From positions 192,001-256,000 of the forward strand of contig CAWHAE010000009.1 in NCBI GenBank assembly GCA_963827235.1: a stretch of 64,000 bases of DNA. The letters are read 5' to 3'. This stretch comes from an uncultured bacterium (GTDB lineage: Bacteria; Chloroflexota; UBA5177; JANWHV01). Of this stretch, positions 51,732 to 62,582 are shown one piece after another. A program made the position numbers and the translations under genes. Numbering within the stretch: the stretch's first letter is position 1; each line of letters starts with the position of its first letter. The notes under the pieces were generated by a model. The model saw only the letters and a list, made by a program, of their open reading frames with translations. It was not told where the DNA came from and searched no databases.

Positions 51732-51943
51732 CGTGGGGTGAGCGACGCTGCCGGCGAACAGCTGATCGGCATGCCGGCAGCGTCGAGGCGCCGCCCGCGC
51801 TTCGACGTTGCAGCACGTCACGCCGGCGTTCGGGGGTACGACGGAGTGGGTCCATCTACGCGTCCGACGGTCCCGGCGCGGTGGAACGCGTCCGGCCACC
51901 TGTGGTTATACGGCACGATCTCGATCACTCTCCTCCCTCGTTA

Positions 51944-53035
51944 CTAGGACGGATGAACCAAACGGCCAGGACTGCCTACCTCCACGGAGGGCCCGAAGGG
52001 GCTGCTGCGGGCTGCCTCTTCGGCGAAGTGGCAAGCCACTCCGTGGCCCTCAGCGACACGCCGGAGGAGCGGCTCTTGTGTGCGGCAGAGTTCTTGGGCG
52101 AGCGGGCAGCGGGTGTGGAACCGGCACCCCGGGGGCGGCGCCAATGCGCTCGGTACTTCCCCAGAGACCACCGCCCGGCGTTTGCTGCGGCTGAGTGCCG
52201 GGTCAGGGATGGGGACAGCCGAGAACAGAGCCTGGGTGTACGGGTGGTGGGGGCCGGTGTAGAGCGAGTCGCGATCAGCGATTTCGACGATCTTGCCCAG
52301 GTACATTATGGCCACGCTGTCGCTCATCGCGCCTACGACGGCGAGGTCGTGGGCAATAAACAGGTAGGAGAGGCCAAAGCGGATCTGAAGGTCGGTCAAC
52401 AGCTGGAGGATCTGGGCCTGGATCGACACGTCAAGAGCGGAGACCGGCTCGTCCAGCACGATCAGGCTCGGATCCCCAGCCAGCGCCCGGGCGATCCCGA
52501 TGCGTTGGCACTGGCCGCCGCTGAACTCGTGGGGAAAGCGCGATACGGCATCAGTCGGGAGACCCACCAACTCGAGCAGCTCCTCCACGCGTCGGCGGCG
52601 CTCCTTGCGCGGCATGAGGTTGTGGACTGTGAGCGGCTCACCGATGAGCTGGCCTACCGTGTGCCGCGGGTTCAGCGCGCCGACCGGGTCCTGGAAGACG
52701 ATCTGCATTTTCCGGCGCAGCTCGGTCAGCGCGCTTCGGCCGAGCTGGGACAGGTCACGCCCCTCAAAGCGGACCGTGCCCGCAGTCGGCCGGTTGAGAT
52801 AGAGCACCGCTCGGCCGGTGGTCGATTTACCGCACCCGCTTTCTCCGACGAGGCCGAGGGTCTTGTGATTTTCGAGCACGAAGCTGACACCGTCGACAGC
52901 GTGGACTGTTTCGCGGCTGCGGAAGATCTTGCCCGGGCCGCGAATGTGGTAGTGCACCACGAGCCCCTCTACCTGGAGCAGCGGAGTCTCGGCCGCGCTC
53001 GGATCCTCCGTCGCCCGGATGGCGCCAGTGCTCAT
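51944..53035 (-). CDS. oppF: Oligopeptide ABC ATPase
   Basis: GESGCGKST, FSGGQCQRIGIARAL, DEPVSALDVSIQAQ, GCRFHTRC. Confidence 0.92.
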   Translation of the reverse strand: MSTGAIRATEDPSAAETPLLQVEGLVVHYHIRGPGKIFRSRETVHAVDGVSFVLENHKTLGLVGESGCGKSTTGRAVLYLNRPTAGTVRFEGRDLSQLGRSALTELRRKMQIVFQDPVGALNPRHTVGQLIGEPLTVHNLMPRKERRRRVEELLELVGLPTDAVSRFPHEFSGGQCQRIGIARALAGDPSLIVLDEPVSALDVSIQAQILQLLTDLQIRFGLSYLFIAHDLAVVGAMSDSVAIMYLGKIVEIADRDSLYTGPHHPYTQALFSAVPIPDPALSRSKRRAVVSGEVPSALAPPPGCRFHTRCPLAQELCRTQEPLLRRVAEGHGVACHFAEEAARSSPFGPSVEVGSPGRLVHPS

Positions 53036-54084
53036 AAGGTCATCTCCGGAGCGCTCTTGACCGGGTCCCAGCACGCCACCCCGTGAGCGGGAGCGATCTC
53101 GCGGAACTGCGGCGTCTCCGCGCGGCACCGGTCGGTGGCGCGCTCACAGCGGGGGGCGAAGGGGCATCCAGCGCGGAGCTGAGTCACTTCAGGAGGAAGG
53201 CCGGGGATGGACTCGAATACCCGCGACCGCCTGGCAGTCAGCCGTGGCACACACTTGAGCAGCCCGACGGTGTAGGGATGGGACGGCCGGTCGAAGAGGT
53301 CGACTACGGCGGCGGTCTCCATCACGCGCCCGGCGTACATCACCACGACCCGGTCGCAGTGGCCGGCGACGATGCCAAGATTGTGGGTGATCAGGATGGC
53401 CCCGACATTCGAGCGATCAACAAGGTCATCGAACAGTTCCAGGATCTGGGCCTGAATCGTGACGTCGAGGGCAGTCGTTGGCTCGTCGGCGATCAGCAGC
53501 CTGGGTTGGCAAGCCATGGCCAGGGCGATCATCACCCGTTGGCGTTGGCCGCCGCTCAGGCGGTGCGGATACTCATGGATGCGCGTCGCTGGGTCCGGGA
53601 TACCCACCGACCGCAGCACGTCGACGGCCCGCTCGCTGGCTTGTTTCTTGCCCAGCCCGAGGTGCAGTGACAGCACCTCCAGGAAGTGCGACTCGATGGT
53701 GATCACCGGGTTGAGCGAGCTAAGCGGGTTTTGCGGGATCATACCGATCTGGCCCCCGCGGACGTCCCGCATAGCCGCCGGCGAGAGCCGGAGCAGGTCC
53801 TGGCCCTCGAAGATGATCTGGCCACCGGAGATCTTCCCCGGCAACGGCACCATCCGCATCATTGACAGCGCGGAGACGGTCTTCCCTGACCCGCTTTCGC
53901 CGACCAGCCCAACACGCTCTCCGGCCCGCACTTCGAGGCTCAGTCCTTGCACGGCGTAGATCGTGCTGCGCTCCAGGCGGAACGAGACGCTGAGGTCCCG
54001 GACCTCCAGCAAGGCGGTCTCCGGTGTCCCGCCGGGGACCGGCGCTAGGCTGGGGAGGGGCGCCGATGCCTTTGTCACGGTCAT
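53032..54084 (-). CDS. oppD: Oligopeptide ABC ATPase
   Basis: [45 protein letters not shown]. Confidence 0.92.
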   Translation of the reverse strand: MTVTKASAPLPSLAPVPGGTPETALLEVRDLSVSFRLERSTIYAVQGLSLEVRAGERVGLVGESGSGKTVSALSMMRMVPLPGKISGGQIIFEGQDLLRLSPAAMRDVRGGQIGMIPQNPLSSLNPVITIESHFLEVLSLHLGLGKKQASERAVDVLRSVGIPDPATRIHEYPHRLSGGQRQRVMIALAMACQPRLLIADEPTTALDVTIQAQILELFDDLVDRSNVGAILITHNLGIVAGHCDRVVVMYAGRVMETAAVVDLFDRPSHPYTVGLLKCVPRLTARRSRVFESIPGLPPEVTQLRAGCPFAPRCERATDRCRAETPQFREIAPAHGVACWDPVKSAPEMTL

Positions 54085-54107
54085 GAGCTCCTCGGAGGTT
54101 ACTGCAA

Positions 54108-54995
54108 TTACCGCGACGTCGGGTCCAACGCGTCGCGCAGGCCGTCGCCCAGGAAGCTGAAAGAGAGGCAGGCGATTCCGATGCAACCGATGGGGACAAG
54201 CACGAGGAGCGCGTCGATCGGGAGGTAGGACACGCTGTCGTTGATCATCTTGCCCCAGTCGGCCAGTGGGTCCTCGATGCCGAGGCCCAGAAAACTGAAC
54301 CCGGCAGCGGTGAAGATCACGTAGGGGATCTGCTGGACGAAAAATACGATGATCGGCCCTGACGCATTGGGCAGGATGTGCATGATGATGATGCGCCACG
54401 AGGGCACCCCCATGGCTTGCGCCGCCTGCACGAAGTCCCGCTCCCGAAGGGCTAGGTACTGCGCCCGTGCGAGGCGGGCGAAACCGACCCAGAGGGTAAC
54501 GCCGATGAAGAGGGCCAGCTTCCAGACATCAACCCCGAACACGGTGATGAACAGCAACGCGGCGAGGATCGTCGGGACCATCTGGAACAACTCGAAGAGC
54601 CGCAGTGTCAGCCAGTCGAATATGCCGCCAAACCAGCCGGCGATAACGCCGATGGGCAGTCCGATGACGAGGCCGATCAATGGTGCCCCGATGGCCACGG
54701 TCATCGAAGTCCGGTCACCCCAGATGGCCCTGCTCAACGTGTCTCGGCCGATCTGGTCCGTGCCGAGCCAGTGGTGCCAACTGGCACCGTTCATCACAGC
54801 CGTCAAGTCGGTTGCGGCCTCGTCGTAGGGAGAAATATAGGGGGCAAGGATGTCCACCAGGAGGAGAAGCACGACTATCACACCGGCGGCCAGAGCCAGG
54901 CGGTTGCGACGGTAGCGATACCAGGCGGCGTGCCAGAAGCTGGCGTTCGCCCGGCGCCTGGTCGGCGCCACGCCGGCAGCCGGTACGCTGCTCAT
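54108..54995 (-). CDS. oppC: Oligopeptide ABC permease
   Basis: HWLGTDQIGRD, HILPN, FSFLGLG, LGDGLRDALDP. Confidence 0.92.
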   Translation of the reverse strand: MSSVPAAGVAPTRRRANASFWHAAWYRYRRNRLALAAGVIVVLLLLVDILAPYISPYDEAATDLTAVMNGASWHHWLGTDQIGRDTLSRAIWGDRTSMTVAIGAPLIGLVIGLPIGVIAGWFGGIFDWLTLRLFELFQMVPTILAALLFITVFGVDVWKLALFIGVTLWVGFARLARAQYLALRERDFVQAAQAMGVPSWRIIIMHILPNASGPIIVFFVQQIPYVIFTAAGFSFLGLGIEDPLADWGKMINDSVSYLPIDALLVLVPIGCIGIACLSFSFLGDGLRDALDPTSR

Positions 54996-55927
54996 CGCGA
55001 CATCCCCTCGAGGCGCACCCGCGGGTCGACGATGACGTAGGCAATGTCCGAGAGAATGTAGCAGATGCCCCACAACACAGCCACGATCAGCACCAGCGCC
55101 ATGATCAGGGGGTAGTCACGGCGCAGACTGGCGGTGGTGAAGTAGGCGCCGAGGCCGGGCAGGGCGAAGGTCGCCTCGATGAAGATGGAGCCGGTGAGGA
55201 TGTTGGGGATCCATGGCCCCATGATCGTGATCAGGGGGATCAGCGACGTGCGCAGGATGTACTTCCACAGGATGTGCCTCTCCGACAACCCCCGCGCCCG
55301 GCCCATGCGCACGTAGTCGGCGTAGGTGACCTCGAGCGTGCTGGCCCTGGTATAGCGCTCCATGAGGGCCATTGGGTAGAGCGAGAAGGCTATCACGGGC
55401 ATGATCACGTCCTGGGCCGTGCCCCACCCCCCGACGGGCAGCCAGCCAAGCCGCACGGCAAAGACCTCGATCATGAGGAAACCGATGACGTAATTCGGCA
55501 ATGCCACGCCGATGGTCGAGACCACGGCAGTGATCAGGAAGTCAATCCAGGTGTTGTGCTTGAGGGCGGCGATGCAGCCGAGCAGCAGCCCGAGGGTGTA
55601 AGAGACGGCGATGGTGAGGCCTCCCACCACCAGCGTGATCGGCCAGGCCGAGGCGATGAGCTGATTCACCGTCATGGTCGGCTCCTCGAAGGGGACGCCG
55701 AGATAGCCGTGCAGGAGCTGCCAGAGCCAGTTGAGGTACTGCTTCCAGATCGGGTCGGCCAGGCCGTACCGCACCATGATGTTGTGCATGGCCTCGGGGC
55801 TCATGACCCCCTGGGTGAAGGTGAAGGGACCGCCGGGGACGGCATGCATCATGGCGAAGATAGCGAGCGTGGCCAGGAACAACGTGAAGAGCAGCGACAG
55901 GAGCCGCTGGACAAGATAGGCAACCAC
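54992..55927 (-). CDS. oppB: Oligopeptide ABC permease
   Basis: VPGGPF, ARGL, FALPGLG, RDYP, VDPRVR. Confidence 0.92.
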   Translation of the reverse strand: MVAYLVQRLLSLLFTLFLATLAIFAMMHAVPGGPFTFTQGVMSPEAMHNIMVRYGLADPIWKQYLNWLWQLLHGYLGVPFEEPTMTVNQLIASAWPITLVVGGLTIAVSYTLGLLLGCIAALKHNTWIDFLITAVVSTIGVALPNYVIGFLMIEVFAVRLGWLPVGGWGTAQDVIMPVIAFSLYPMALMERYTRASTLEVTYADYVRMGRARGLSERHILWKYILRTSLIPLITIMGPWIPNILTGSIFIEATFALPGLGAYFTTASLRRDYPLIMALVLIVAVLWGICYILSDIAYVIVDPRVRLEGMSR

Positions 55928-56038
55928 GGGCTTGCTCCTTTCGTCTCCTGGCTCGGAGTGCGCCTCACCCTAGCCGTCGTCGTCGGCTCGCTCCCGGCAC
56001 AGGCCAGGCGGCCAGCACCTGATTCTCGTGACGCCGAC

Positions 56039-56070
56039 GGGCGCTGCCGGGAGCGTTCCCGGCAGCGCCC
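56039..56070 (-). other. Intercistronic 14-bp hairpin between oppA and oppB
   Basis: GGGCGCTGCCGGGA-gcgt-TCCCGGCAGCGCCC. Confidence 0.65.
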
Positions 56071-56094
56071 ATCACATCCTATGCAGTGAGCTTA

Positions 56095-57941
56095 CTACGA
56101 CATCCCGCTCTCGCTCTGGCGCGGGAACTGGCCGACGTTGTTCGCGATGTAGAGCCCCTGCTGATTGGTGGAGTGCGGGTAGAAGCCCGGCCACTGGATG
56201 CCGTTGTAGCCGAGGTAGTTCTTGGCCAGCGTCGGCCCCTGGACATACGGCCACATGAGGTAACCGCCCAGGCCGAAGAAGAGGAACACCGCCGGGGCCT
56301 GCGAGGTCTGGAGGACTTGGGCCTCCGTGTAGATCTCCTGGCGCTGGTTATGGTCAGCTATTGCACCGCCCTGGGCGAGCAGGTGGTCGTATTGCTTATT
56401 GTTCCAGTCGTGCCGGCCGCCGGACTGATACACGCTCAGCATGTTCGAGGCGTCGAAGTAGTCCATGCCGTAGGAGATAAAGCCCATCTCGATCTCCGTC
56501 TCGGGCTGGGCCTCCATCTTCTTGTAGAACGTGGCGACGTCGAGCTCCTGCAGCAGGATCGTGCTGTTCCCGCCGAAGAGGACCTGGTTCCAGTTCGCCG
56601 CCAGGGCCTGCGCGACCAAGCCGGTCGTGGTGGGGCCAATCGCGCCGACGGCGGCCGGATAGCTGAACGTCACCTCCGGGAAGCCCTTCCCCTTCGGGAA
56701 GCCGGCCTGGGACAGGAGGCTTTGAGCCATCGAGGTGTCGTAGTTGGTGTACTTCTTCAGCGGATCGCCGACCGCGAAGGGGAAGCCCGGCATGAGGTAG
56801 CCGTAGGCGGGCCTGGCCAGCGGCGCCAGCAGGGCGCTGATGATGGAGTCCCGGTCGGCGGAGTGGGCAAAGGCCTGGCGCACCTTCAGGTTATTGAACG
56901 GCGCGGCCTTCGTCTTGAAGAACACATAGTAGACGCGGAAGTCGATCGGGTTCAGGTACGGCGTGAGCGAGCTGACCTTCGGGGTCGCCTTGGCGATCAG
57001 GAGGTCCGCCTTGGACATCGCTATGTCCGAGTTCTCGTCGACCGCGCCGGTCGCCAGGAGCGGCAGGTAGGGCGACGGTAGAGATCTTGCCAATCTGCCA
57101 CTCGATGGGCGAGCCGAACCCGGCGTTGTACTTCGTGTTCGGGCCCCAGGACGACCTCCGTCGTCGGGTTGAACGACTTGAGGACGTAGGGACCCATGGA
57201 GATGGCAGTCGCCGGATTGACGTTGTACAGCCCGTTGCCGTACTTGGCCAGCCCCGCCGCCGAGAGGGGCATCGAGTAGAGCATGGCGTACGGTATGAAA
57301 GCAACGGGTGCCTCGGTGGTAACCACGAAGGTGTACTTGTCCTTGCCCTGGGCCACGCCGATCGAGCTGAGAGGCGCCTTCCCCGCAACCGCGCTCGCGT
57401 AGTTCTTGAGCCCGATGGCCGTCCAGTACCAGGTGAAGTCCCAGGCGTGCTTGGGATCGGCGGAGTAGCGGAACGTCTCGACGAAGTCGGCGGCGGTGAG
57501 CTCGTTGCCGTCGGTCCACATGATCCCCGGCGTGATGTAGAACTCCCAGGTGGTCGGCGACGTCTGCTTCCAGCTGTGCGCGACGCCCGGGACGATCTGG
57601 TAGGCGTTGTTGATGCGCACGAGGGGGGTCGAGAAGTTGTCGGCCAGGGGAGCGCGTGCGTAGACGCTCTCATAGAAGTCGAGGCACTTGAACGTGGCGC
57701 CCACGGGGTTGCGGTAGTCGACAAGGAACTGCTGGGAGGCGGGCGCGGCGTTGGCCGGCAGGATCGCGCCGGTGGTCGACTTTACCGCTCCGGGTTTCGC
57801 GCCCGTTCGGTTCAGCAAGCGTTCGGCGTGCGCGCTCTTGGCGAGGTACAGGCTTGCCACGCCGGCACCACCGGCAGCCAACAAGCCACGCCGGCTCAGC
57901 TCAGGCAGGTGAGAATTAGAAACGCGTTTGCTAGTACTCAT
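56095..57941 (-). CDS. oppA: Tat-exported peptide ABC substrate-binding protein; two apparent +1 frameshifts
   Basis: SRRGLL Tat motif, WTDG..LTAADF, GPY.L, PFNNLKVRQAF; frame changes near 57142 and 57075. Confidence 0.85.
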
Positions 57942-58241
57942 CCGGCATCCCCTAACTCGGTAAAGCAAAACCAACAACGACGTATCCTGGGGTACGGTGG
58001 CTGATCTCCTGACACTGTCACGTGCTGAAAGAAGCGCCCGTCCATCACCGCGCCGACCGACCGCTATGCGGTGCACATCGTGGTCCTCGCGTCCTGCTAC
58101 GACGCATTCGCAGGACCGTTGCAGACCCTGCTTCGCGGCCTGCGGATACCCTGGCTCTCCATGAGTTGCGGGTGCTCGTGCCGCATAGCGTCCCTGCGTC
58201 TCGTTCCGGAGCGGTCGCGCGGCTGACGCGAGAATAGGTCC

Positions 58242-58270
58242 ATACTACGCACCTCGCTGTGCCTTGTCAA
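58242..58270 (-). promoter_or_regulatory. Sigma70 promoter for opp operon (long leader)
   Basis: TTGACA (58270-58265)-17 bp-TAGTAT (58247-58242). Confidence 0.7.
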
Positions 58271-58289
58271 GAGCGGCCTCTTCGATGAT

Positions 58290-58870
58290 CAGGGCTCATG
58301 CGTGAGTCGGTGATGGCGGTGGCGCAAGGACCAGCGCGAGTGCCGGGGGGTCTTGGGCATGATCGCGGAGACGCGCGGCGATCTGCTGGACACCGGCGCG
58401 GCGCAGGAGGCTGAGGGCGGCATCCCGGAGGAAGGCCATCACCGGTCCCTGCCCGGTGTGGAGCGTGCTCTCGTACTCGCCGAGCGTGACATCCTTGGTG
58501 CGATGGAGGTCGTTCTCGATGGTCCAATGGCCGCGCGTGAGCGCGAGCAGCCGGTCGGGTGGTCCTGCCTCGACGGACAGGCCGGTGATGCCATACAGCA
58601 GCGCCTGCCTAGCTTGGCCATGTTCGCGCCAGGTGCGTTCCAGCCGGAAGACCTGCGCCAAACCGGGCCAGGCGAGATAGGCGGTCAGATCGGTGGAGGC
58701 GACCAGGTGGCGCACCTCGTCCTGCCGCCCGTGGCCACGCTCGTGGGTCCATGCTGCGCGCCGGTCCACCAATGCGGCCGGTCCCAGTGCTGCGGGCGGG
58801 TCGAAGAGGAGCGCGATGTCCGCGTACAGCGTCGGCTGATTCTCCTTCTCCAAGAGCAGGTAGCCGTATT
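58290..58870 (-). mobile_element. ISAs1-family insertion sequence remnant (5'-truncated transposase)
   Basis: YLL.EKENQPTL, GHGR.DE.R, WPGLAQV, YGIT, RGHWTIEN.LH..KDV; GCCCTG terminus right after the stop. Confidence 0.85.
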
Positions 58871-59091
58871 TGGGGGCGAGCACGGCGATGCCGCCAGCCC
58901 ACCCATGCCATGGAGATCCGGACCACGTTGCTGTCTCTGTCGGGCGGTACAGCGCGTTGGCCGTGGCCATGCTAGGCTGACCATCGGCGTATCGCCGTCG
59001 CTCTCGGGCCCCGTCGGCATCGGCACGTCTGTGGTGGGCGGCAAGCCGAGGACACGTGCAACTGCCGGTCACGCGCCCGGGCACAGTTGAG

Positions 59092-59122
59092 CGGTGACTT
59101 TGCGCCGGCCGGCGGGTCTATT
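59092..59122 (+). promoter_or_regulatory. Putative SigG-type ECF promoter (autoregulatory)
   Basis: CGGTGA-N18-GTCTATT. Confidence 0.55.
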
Positions 59123-59174
59123 GATCTGGGGCCAGCACGTGGTTGGCATTCGCGCACGTAAGTAGAGGGGGCCG

Positions 59175-60167
59175 ATGACCGTCAGCGAGGAGTTCACGAA
59201 TCTCACTGGACGATTCCGGAGTGAGTTGCTCGCGCACTGCTACCGGATGCTCGGTTCGGCCGACGAGGCCGAGGACTTGGTACAGGAGACGTACCTGCGC
59301 GCCTGGCGGTCATACGCAGGGTTTGAGGGCCGCGCCTCCGTGCGGACCTGGCTGTACCGGATCGCGACCAATGTGTGTCTGACGGCGCTCGAGCGTCGTA
59401 GTCGCCGGCCGCTGCCATCTGCGCTGGGCGAAGCGACGGGCGACCCGGACGCGCAGCTTGTGGCGGGCATGGAGGTGCCCTGGCTGCAGCCCTTGCCTGA
59501 CGCGCTGCTCGCCGGACGGCACGCGGATCCGGCCTCAGTGGTCGCCTCGCGGACGGGTATCAGGCTGGCCTTCGTCGCGGCACTGCAGTACCTCTCCGCT
59601 CGCCAGCGGGCGGTGTTGATCTTGCGCGACGTGCTGGAGCTACCGGCCGCCGAGGTTGCGGACTTGCTGGGCACGACGACGACGGCCGTGAACAGCGGCC
59701 TCCGGCGAGCCCGGGCCCAGCTCGCACAAGTACTGCCGGCCGAAGATGAGCTTGCCGAGCCCGCAGAGCCGGACCGCCGGGCGCTGCTGGAGCGATTCGT
59801 GGCCGCCATCGAGCAGGCCGACGGCAGTGTGCTCGCAGCACTGCTGCGGGAGGATGTTGCGCTGGAGATGCCGCCGGTGCTGACCTGGTTCGCCAGCAGC
59901 CGGACCGTAGCGCGTTTCATCGCCGCCCAGTTTCTTACCGAATCTGGACGGTTACAGCTGGTGCCGGTGGCAGCGAACGGGCAGCCTGCGTTCGCGGTGT
60001 ACCAGCGCGAGCCGGACGGCACCTACCACGCGCACGCCGTCCTGGTGCTCACGATCACGCCGACCGGGATCGCGCGGATCGTCGCCTTCCAGAACCAGGA
60101 TTTGTTCGGATCGTTTGGCCTGCCGCCGCAGTATCGTGCCGCAGAGCCGCTGCCGGCGCAGGGCTAG
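59175..60167 (+). CDS. ECF sigma factor with C-terminal SnoaL-like domain (SigG-type)
   Basis: ELLAHCYRMLGS..EAEDLVQET.LRAWR, WLQPLPD, IRLAFVAALQ.L, EMPP, ANGQPA. Confidence 0.93.
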   Translation: MTVSEEFTNLTGRFRSELLAHCYRMLGSADEAEDLVQETYLRAWRSYAGFEGRASVRTWLYRIATNVCLTALERRSRRPLPSALGEATGDPDAQLVAGMEVPWLQPLPDALLAGRHADPASVVASRTGIRLAFVAALQYLSARQRAVLILRDVLELPAAEVADLLGTTTTAVNSGLRRARAQLAQVLPAEDELAEPAEPDRRALLERFVAAIEQADGSVLAALLREDVALEMPPVLTWFASSRTVARFIAAQFLTESGRLQLVPVAANGQPAFAVYQREPDGTYHAHAVLVLTITPTGIARIVAFQNQDLFGSFGLPPQYRAAEPLPAQG

Positions 60168-60178
60168 GCGGTCCTCCC

Positions 60179-60772
60179 GTGGCTCCGCGGAGCAGAGGAC
60201 GAGAGCTGCTCGACGCTGCGGTCAGGTACGCGCTCGCCAACGTGGCCCTGGTCACGCCACGGCTCCTATCGCGTCCCACCCCGTGTTCCGACTGGGATCT
60301 GGAGCTGTTGCTGGACCATCTGGCGGAGTCGATGGCGGTGCTGCACGAAGCGGTCGCCACCGGCGGCGTCGCTGCTCACCTCGCGCCCGCTCACCCCACG
60401 TCCGAGCCAGACTCGGTCGCCCGGCTGCGGACACAGGCGGCCAATCTGCTCGCCGCCTGGGCCGTCGCTGGGCCGGCACTGCGCTCGGTCAGTATTGCGG
60501 GCCGTGAGCTAGCTGCCGGCACGGTCGCGCTGACCGGCGCCATCGAGACCACCGTGCACGGCTGGGACATCGGGGTCGCGTGCGGCGCCTATCGGCCGGT
60601 GCCGCCGGGTTTGGCAACCATCCTGGCGCCGATTGCACCGCTGCTCATCACCCCAGGCATCCGGCCTGGGCTGTTCGCCGATCCGGTGATGCTGCCGGGC
60701 CCAGACTGCCCCGGCGACCAGCTCATCGCTTTCCTCGGGCGCCGGCCCCTCCTCGCGGCCGCTCGCGCCTGA
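60179..60772 (+). CDS. TIGR03086 / MDMPI (DinB superfamily) metal-binding protein
   Basis: PTPCSDWDL..LLDHL, E..VHGWDI, LIAFLGR. Confidence 0.88.
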   Translation: MAPRSRGRELLDAAVRYALANVALVTPRLLSRPTPCSDWDLELLLDHLAESMAVLHEAVATGGVAAHLAPAHPTSEPDSVARLRTQAANLLAAWAVAGPALRSVSIAGRELAAGTVALTGAIETTVHGWDIGVACGAYRPVPPGLATILAPIAPLLITPGIRPGLFADPVMLPGPDCPGDQLIAFLGRRPLLAAARA

Positions 60773-60827
60773 ACCCGGCATCGTGTTCAGGTCTGCCGTA
60801 ACGCGCTGAGCTTTCCTTGCCGGCCCG

Positions 60828-60858
60828 CGACGATTCCTGGCCTTCCCGCTGGTCTCTA
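60828..60858 (+). promoter_or_regulatory. Putative SigG-type ECF promoter of SDR operon
   Basis: CGACGA-N18-GTCTCTA versus the mycobacterial SigG consensus as I recall it, CGATGA-N18-GTCNNTA. Confidence 0.65.
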
Positions 60859-60917
60859 GTAGTGAGCCGCACAACGAGCGGCGCACAAGGGAAGACAGCG
60901 GAACTGGAGGAAGAGTC

Positions 60918-61643
60918 ATGACACTCGCAGGAAGAGTCGTTCTGGTCACCGGGGCCAACCGGGGCATTGGACAGGCGCTGGTCGAGGAAGCGCTCAGGCG
61001 AGGCGCTACACGCGTGTACGCCGCTGCACGCCAGCCCCACGCCCATCTCGATCCACGCGTCACGCCCCTGACCCTGGACGTGACTGACTCAGCGCAGATT
61101 CAGGCAGCGGCCGAGCGCATCGAGGTGCTCGACATGCTCGTCAACAACGCAGGTGTGGCACTCTACGACGACCTCAGCGATCGTGCGGTGCTCGAGCGGC
61201 ATCTCGCCGTCAACCTCTTTGGCCCCTACGAGGTGACCCGGATCTTCTTACCGCACCTGACCCGAACGCAGGGAGTCCTCGTCAACAACCTGTCGATGAT
61301 GGCGCTGGCGCCCCTGCCGCTCACCCCGGCCTACGCGATCTCCAAGGCGGCCGCGTTCAGCCTGACGCAATCCCTGCGCGCGCTGCTCGCCGGGCGGGGC
61401 GTGCGGGTGCACGCCGTCCTCACCGGTCCCACTGACACCGATATGACCCGAGGCTTCGACATCCCGAAGGCCTCCCCGGCGTCGGTGGCACGCGCCATCT
61501 TCGACGGCGTGGACCAGGGGGAGGAGGATATCTTCCCCGATCCTCTGTCGGCGTCCATCGCCCAGAGCTGGCGCAGTGGTCCTGCCAAGGCGATGGAACG
61601 GCAGAACGCGGCGTTCGTCCCAGCTGCGAGTGCCGCGGCATGA
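60918..61643 (+). CDS. SDR family oxidoreductase
   Basis: TGANRGIG, NNAG, YAISK. Confidence 0.93.
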   Translation: MTLAGRVVLVTGANRGIGQALVEEALRRGATRVYAAARQPHAHLDPRVTPLTLDVTDSAQIQAAAERIEVLDMLVNNAGVALYDDLSDRAVLERHLAVNLFGPYEVTRIFLPHLTRTQGVLVNNLSMMALAPLPLTPAYAISKAAAFSLTQSLRALLAGRGVRVHAVLTGPTDTDMTRGFDIPKASPASVARAIFDGVDQGEEDIFPDPLSASIAQSWRSGPAKAMERQNAAFVPAASAAA

Positions 61644-61687
61644 GGAGAGTATCAGTGCGCTGCGCTGAAGCCAGGAGGAGGTACACG

Positions 61688-62425
61688 ATGGAGACATTGC
61701 GCGGCAAGCAGGTGCTGCTCACGGGAGGCAGCCGCGGTCTCGGGCGGGGTATGGTCCACGGGCTGCTCGGCGCCGGCGCCCAGGTCCATACCGTCGCCCG
61801 CGGTGCAGCGGCGCTGGCAACGCTGGGCAGCGGCGTCGCCGTCACGGCGGCCGACGCGGCGGATCCGGTGGTTGCTGGCCGCCTGCTGGAGGACGTGCGT
61901 CCGGACGTGGTGGTGCTCAACGCGGGGGCAGCGCCACTCGTACGGCCATTGCACCAGCACACCTGGGAGTCGTTCAGCCGCAACTGGGAGGTCGACGTCA
62001 AGATCGCCTTCCATTGGCTGCGCGAGATCCTGCAGCTGCCGCTCACGCCCGGCAGCGAGGTCGTGGTGGTCTCGTCCGGGGCAGCGCTGCAGGGCTCACC
62101 CTTGAGCGGCGGCTATGCCGGCGCCAAGGTCACGCTGCGCTTCATGGCCCAGTATGCGGCTGAAGAGTCACGCCGCCGCGACCTCGGCATCCGCATCACG
62201 GCGCTTTTGCCTCGACTCACGCCCGCGACGAGCCTGGGCCGGCCGGCAGTGGCGGCGTACGCGCGGCGCGCCGGCATCCCCGAGGATGAATACCTCGCGC
62301 AGCTCGGCGCCCCGCTCACCTCTGAAGGCGCGGGCGCCGCGCTCGTCGAGCTGCTCACCGATCCCGCGCTCGCCGGGCACGAGGCCTTCCTGCTCAGCGG
62401 AGCCGGGCTGACACCATTGGACTAG
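61688..62425 (+). CDS. SDR family oxidoreductase
   Basis: AGGAGG RBS; TGGSRGLG, LNAG, YAGAK. Confidence 0.92.
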   Translation: METLRGKQVLLTGGSRGLGRGMVHGLLGAGAQVHTVARGAAALATLGSGVAVTAADAADPVVAGRLLEDVRPDVVVLNAGAAPLVRPLHQHTWESFSRNWEVDVKIAFHWLREILQLPLTPGSEVVVVSSGAALQGSPLSGGYAGAKVTLRFMAQYAAEESRRRDLGIRITALLPRLTPATSLGRPAVAAYARRAGIPEDEYLAQLGAPLTSEGAGAALVELLTDPALAGHEAFLLSGAGLTPLD

Positions 62426-62582
62426 CGGCTCACGCTACAGCGCGCCGGGGTCATCGCCCGGGACCTGCGACCGCCGCTGCCTGTGCGACTGGCAGCAATC
62501 TCGATCGCAGCCCGGGCACCCGGCGCCGGCAGACATGGCCGGTGATCGCCAAGCCATTGTGACCACAAGGAGGACTAAGCTC

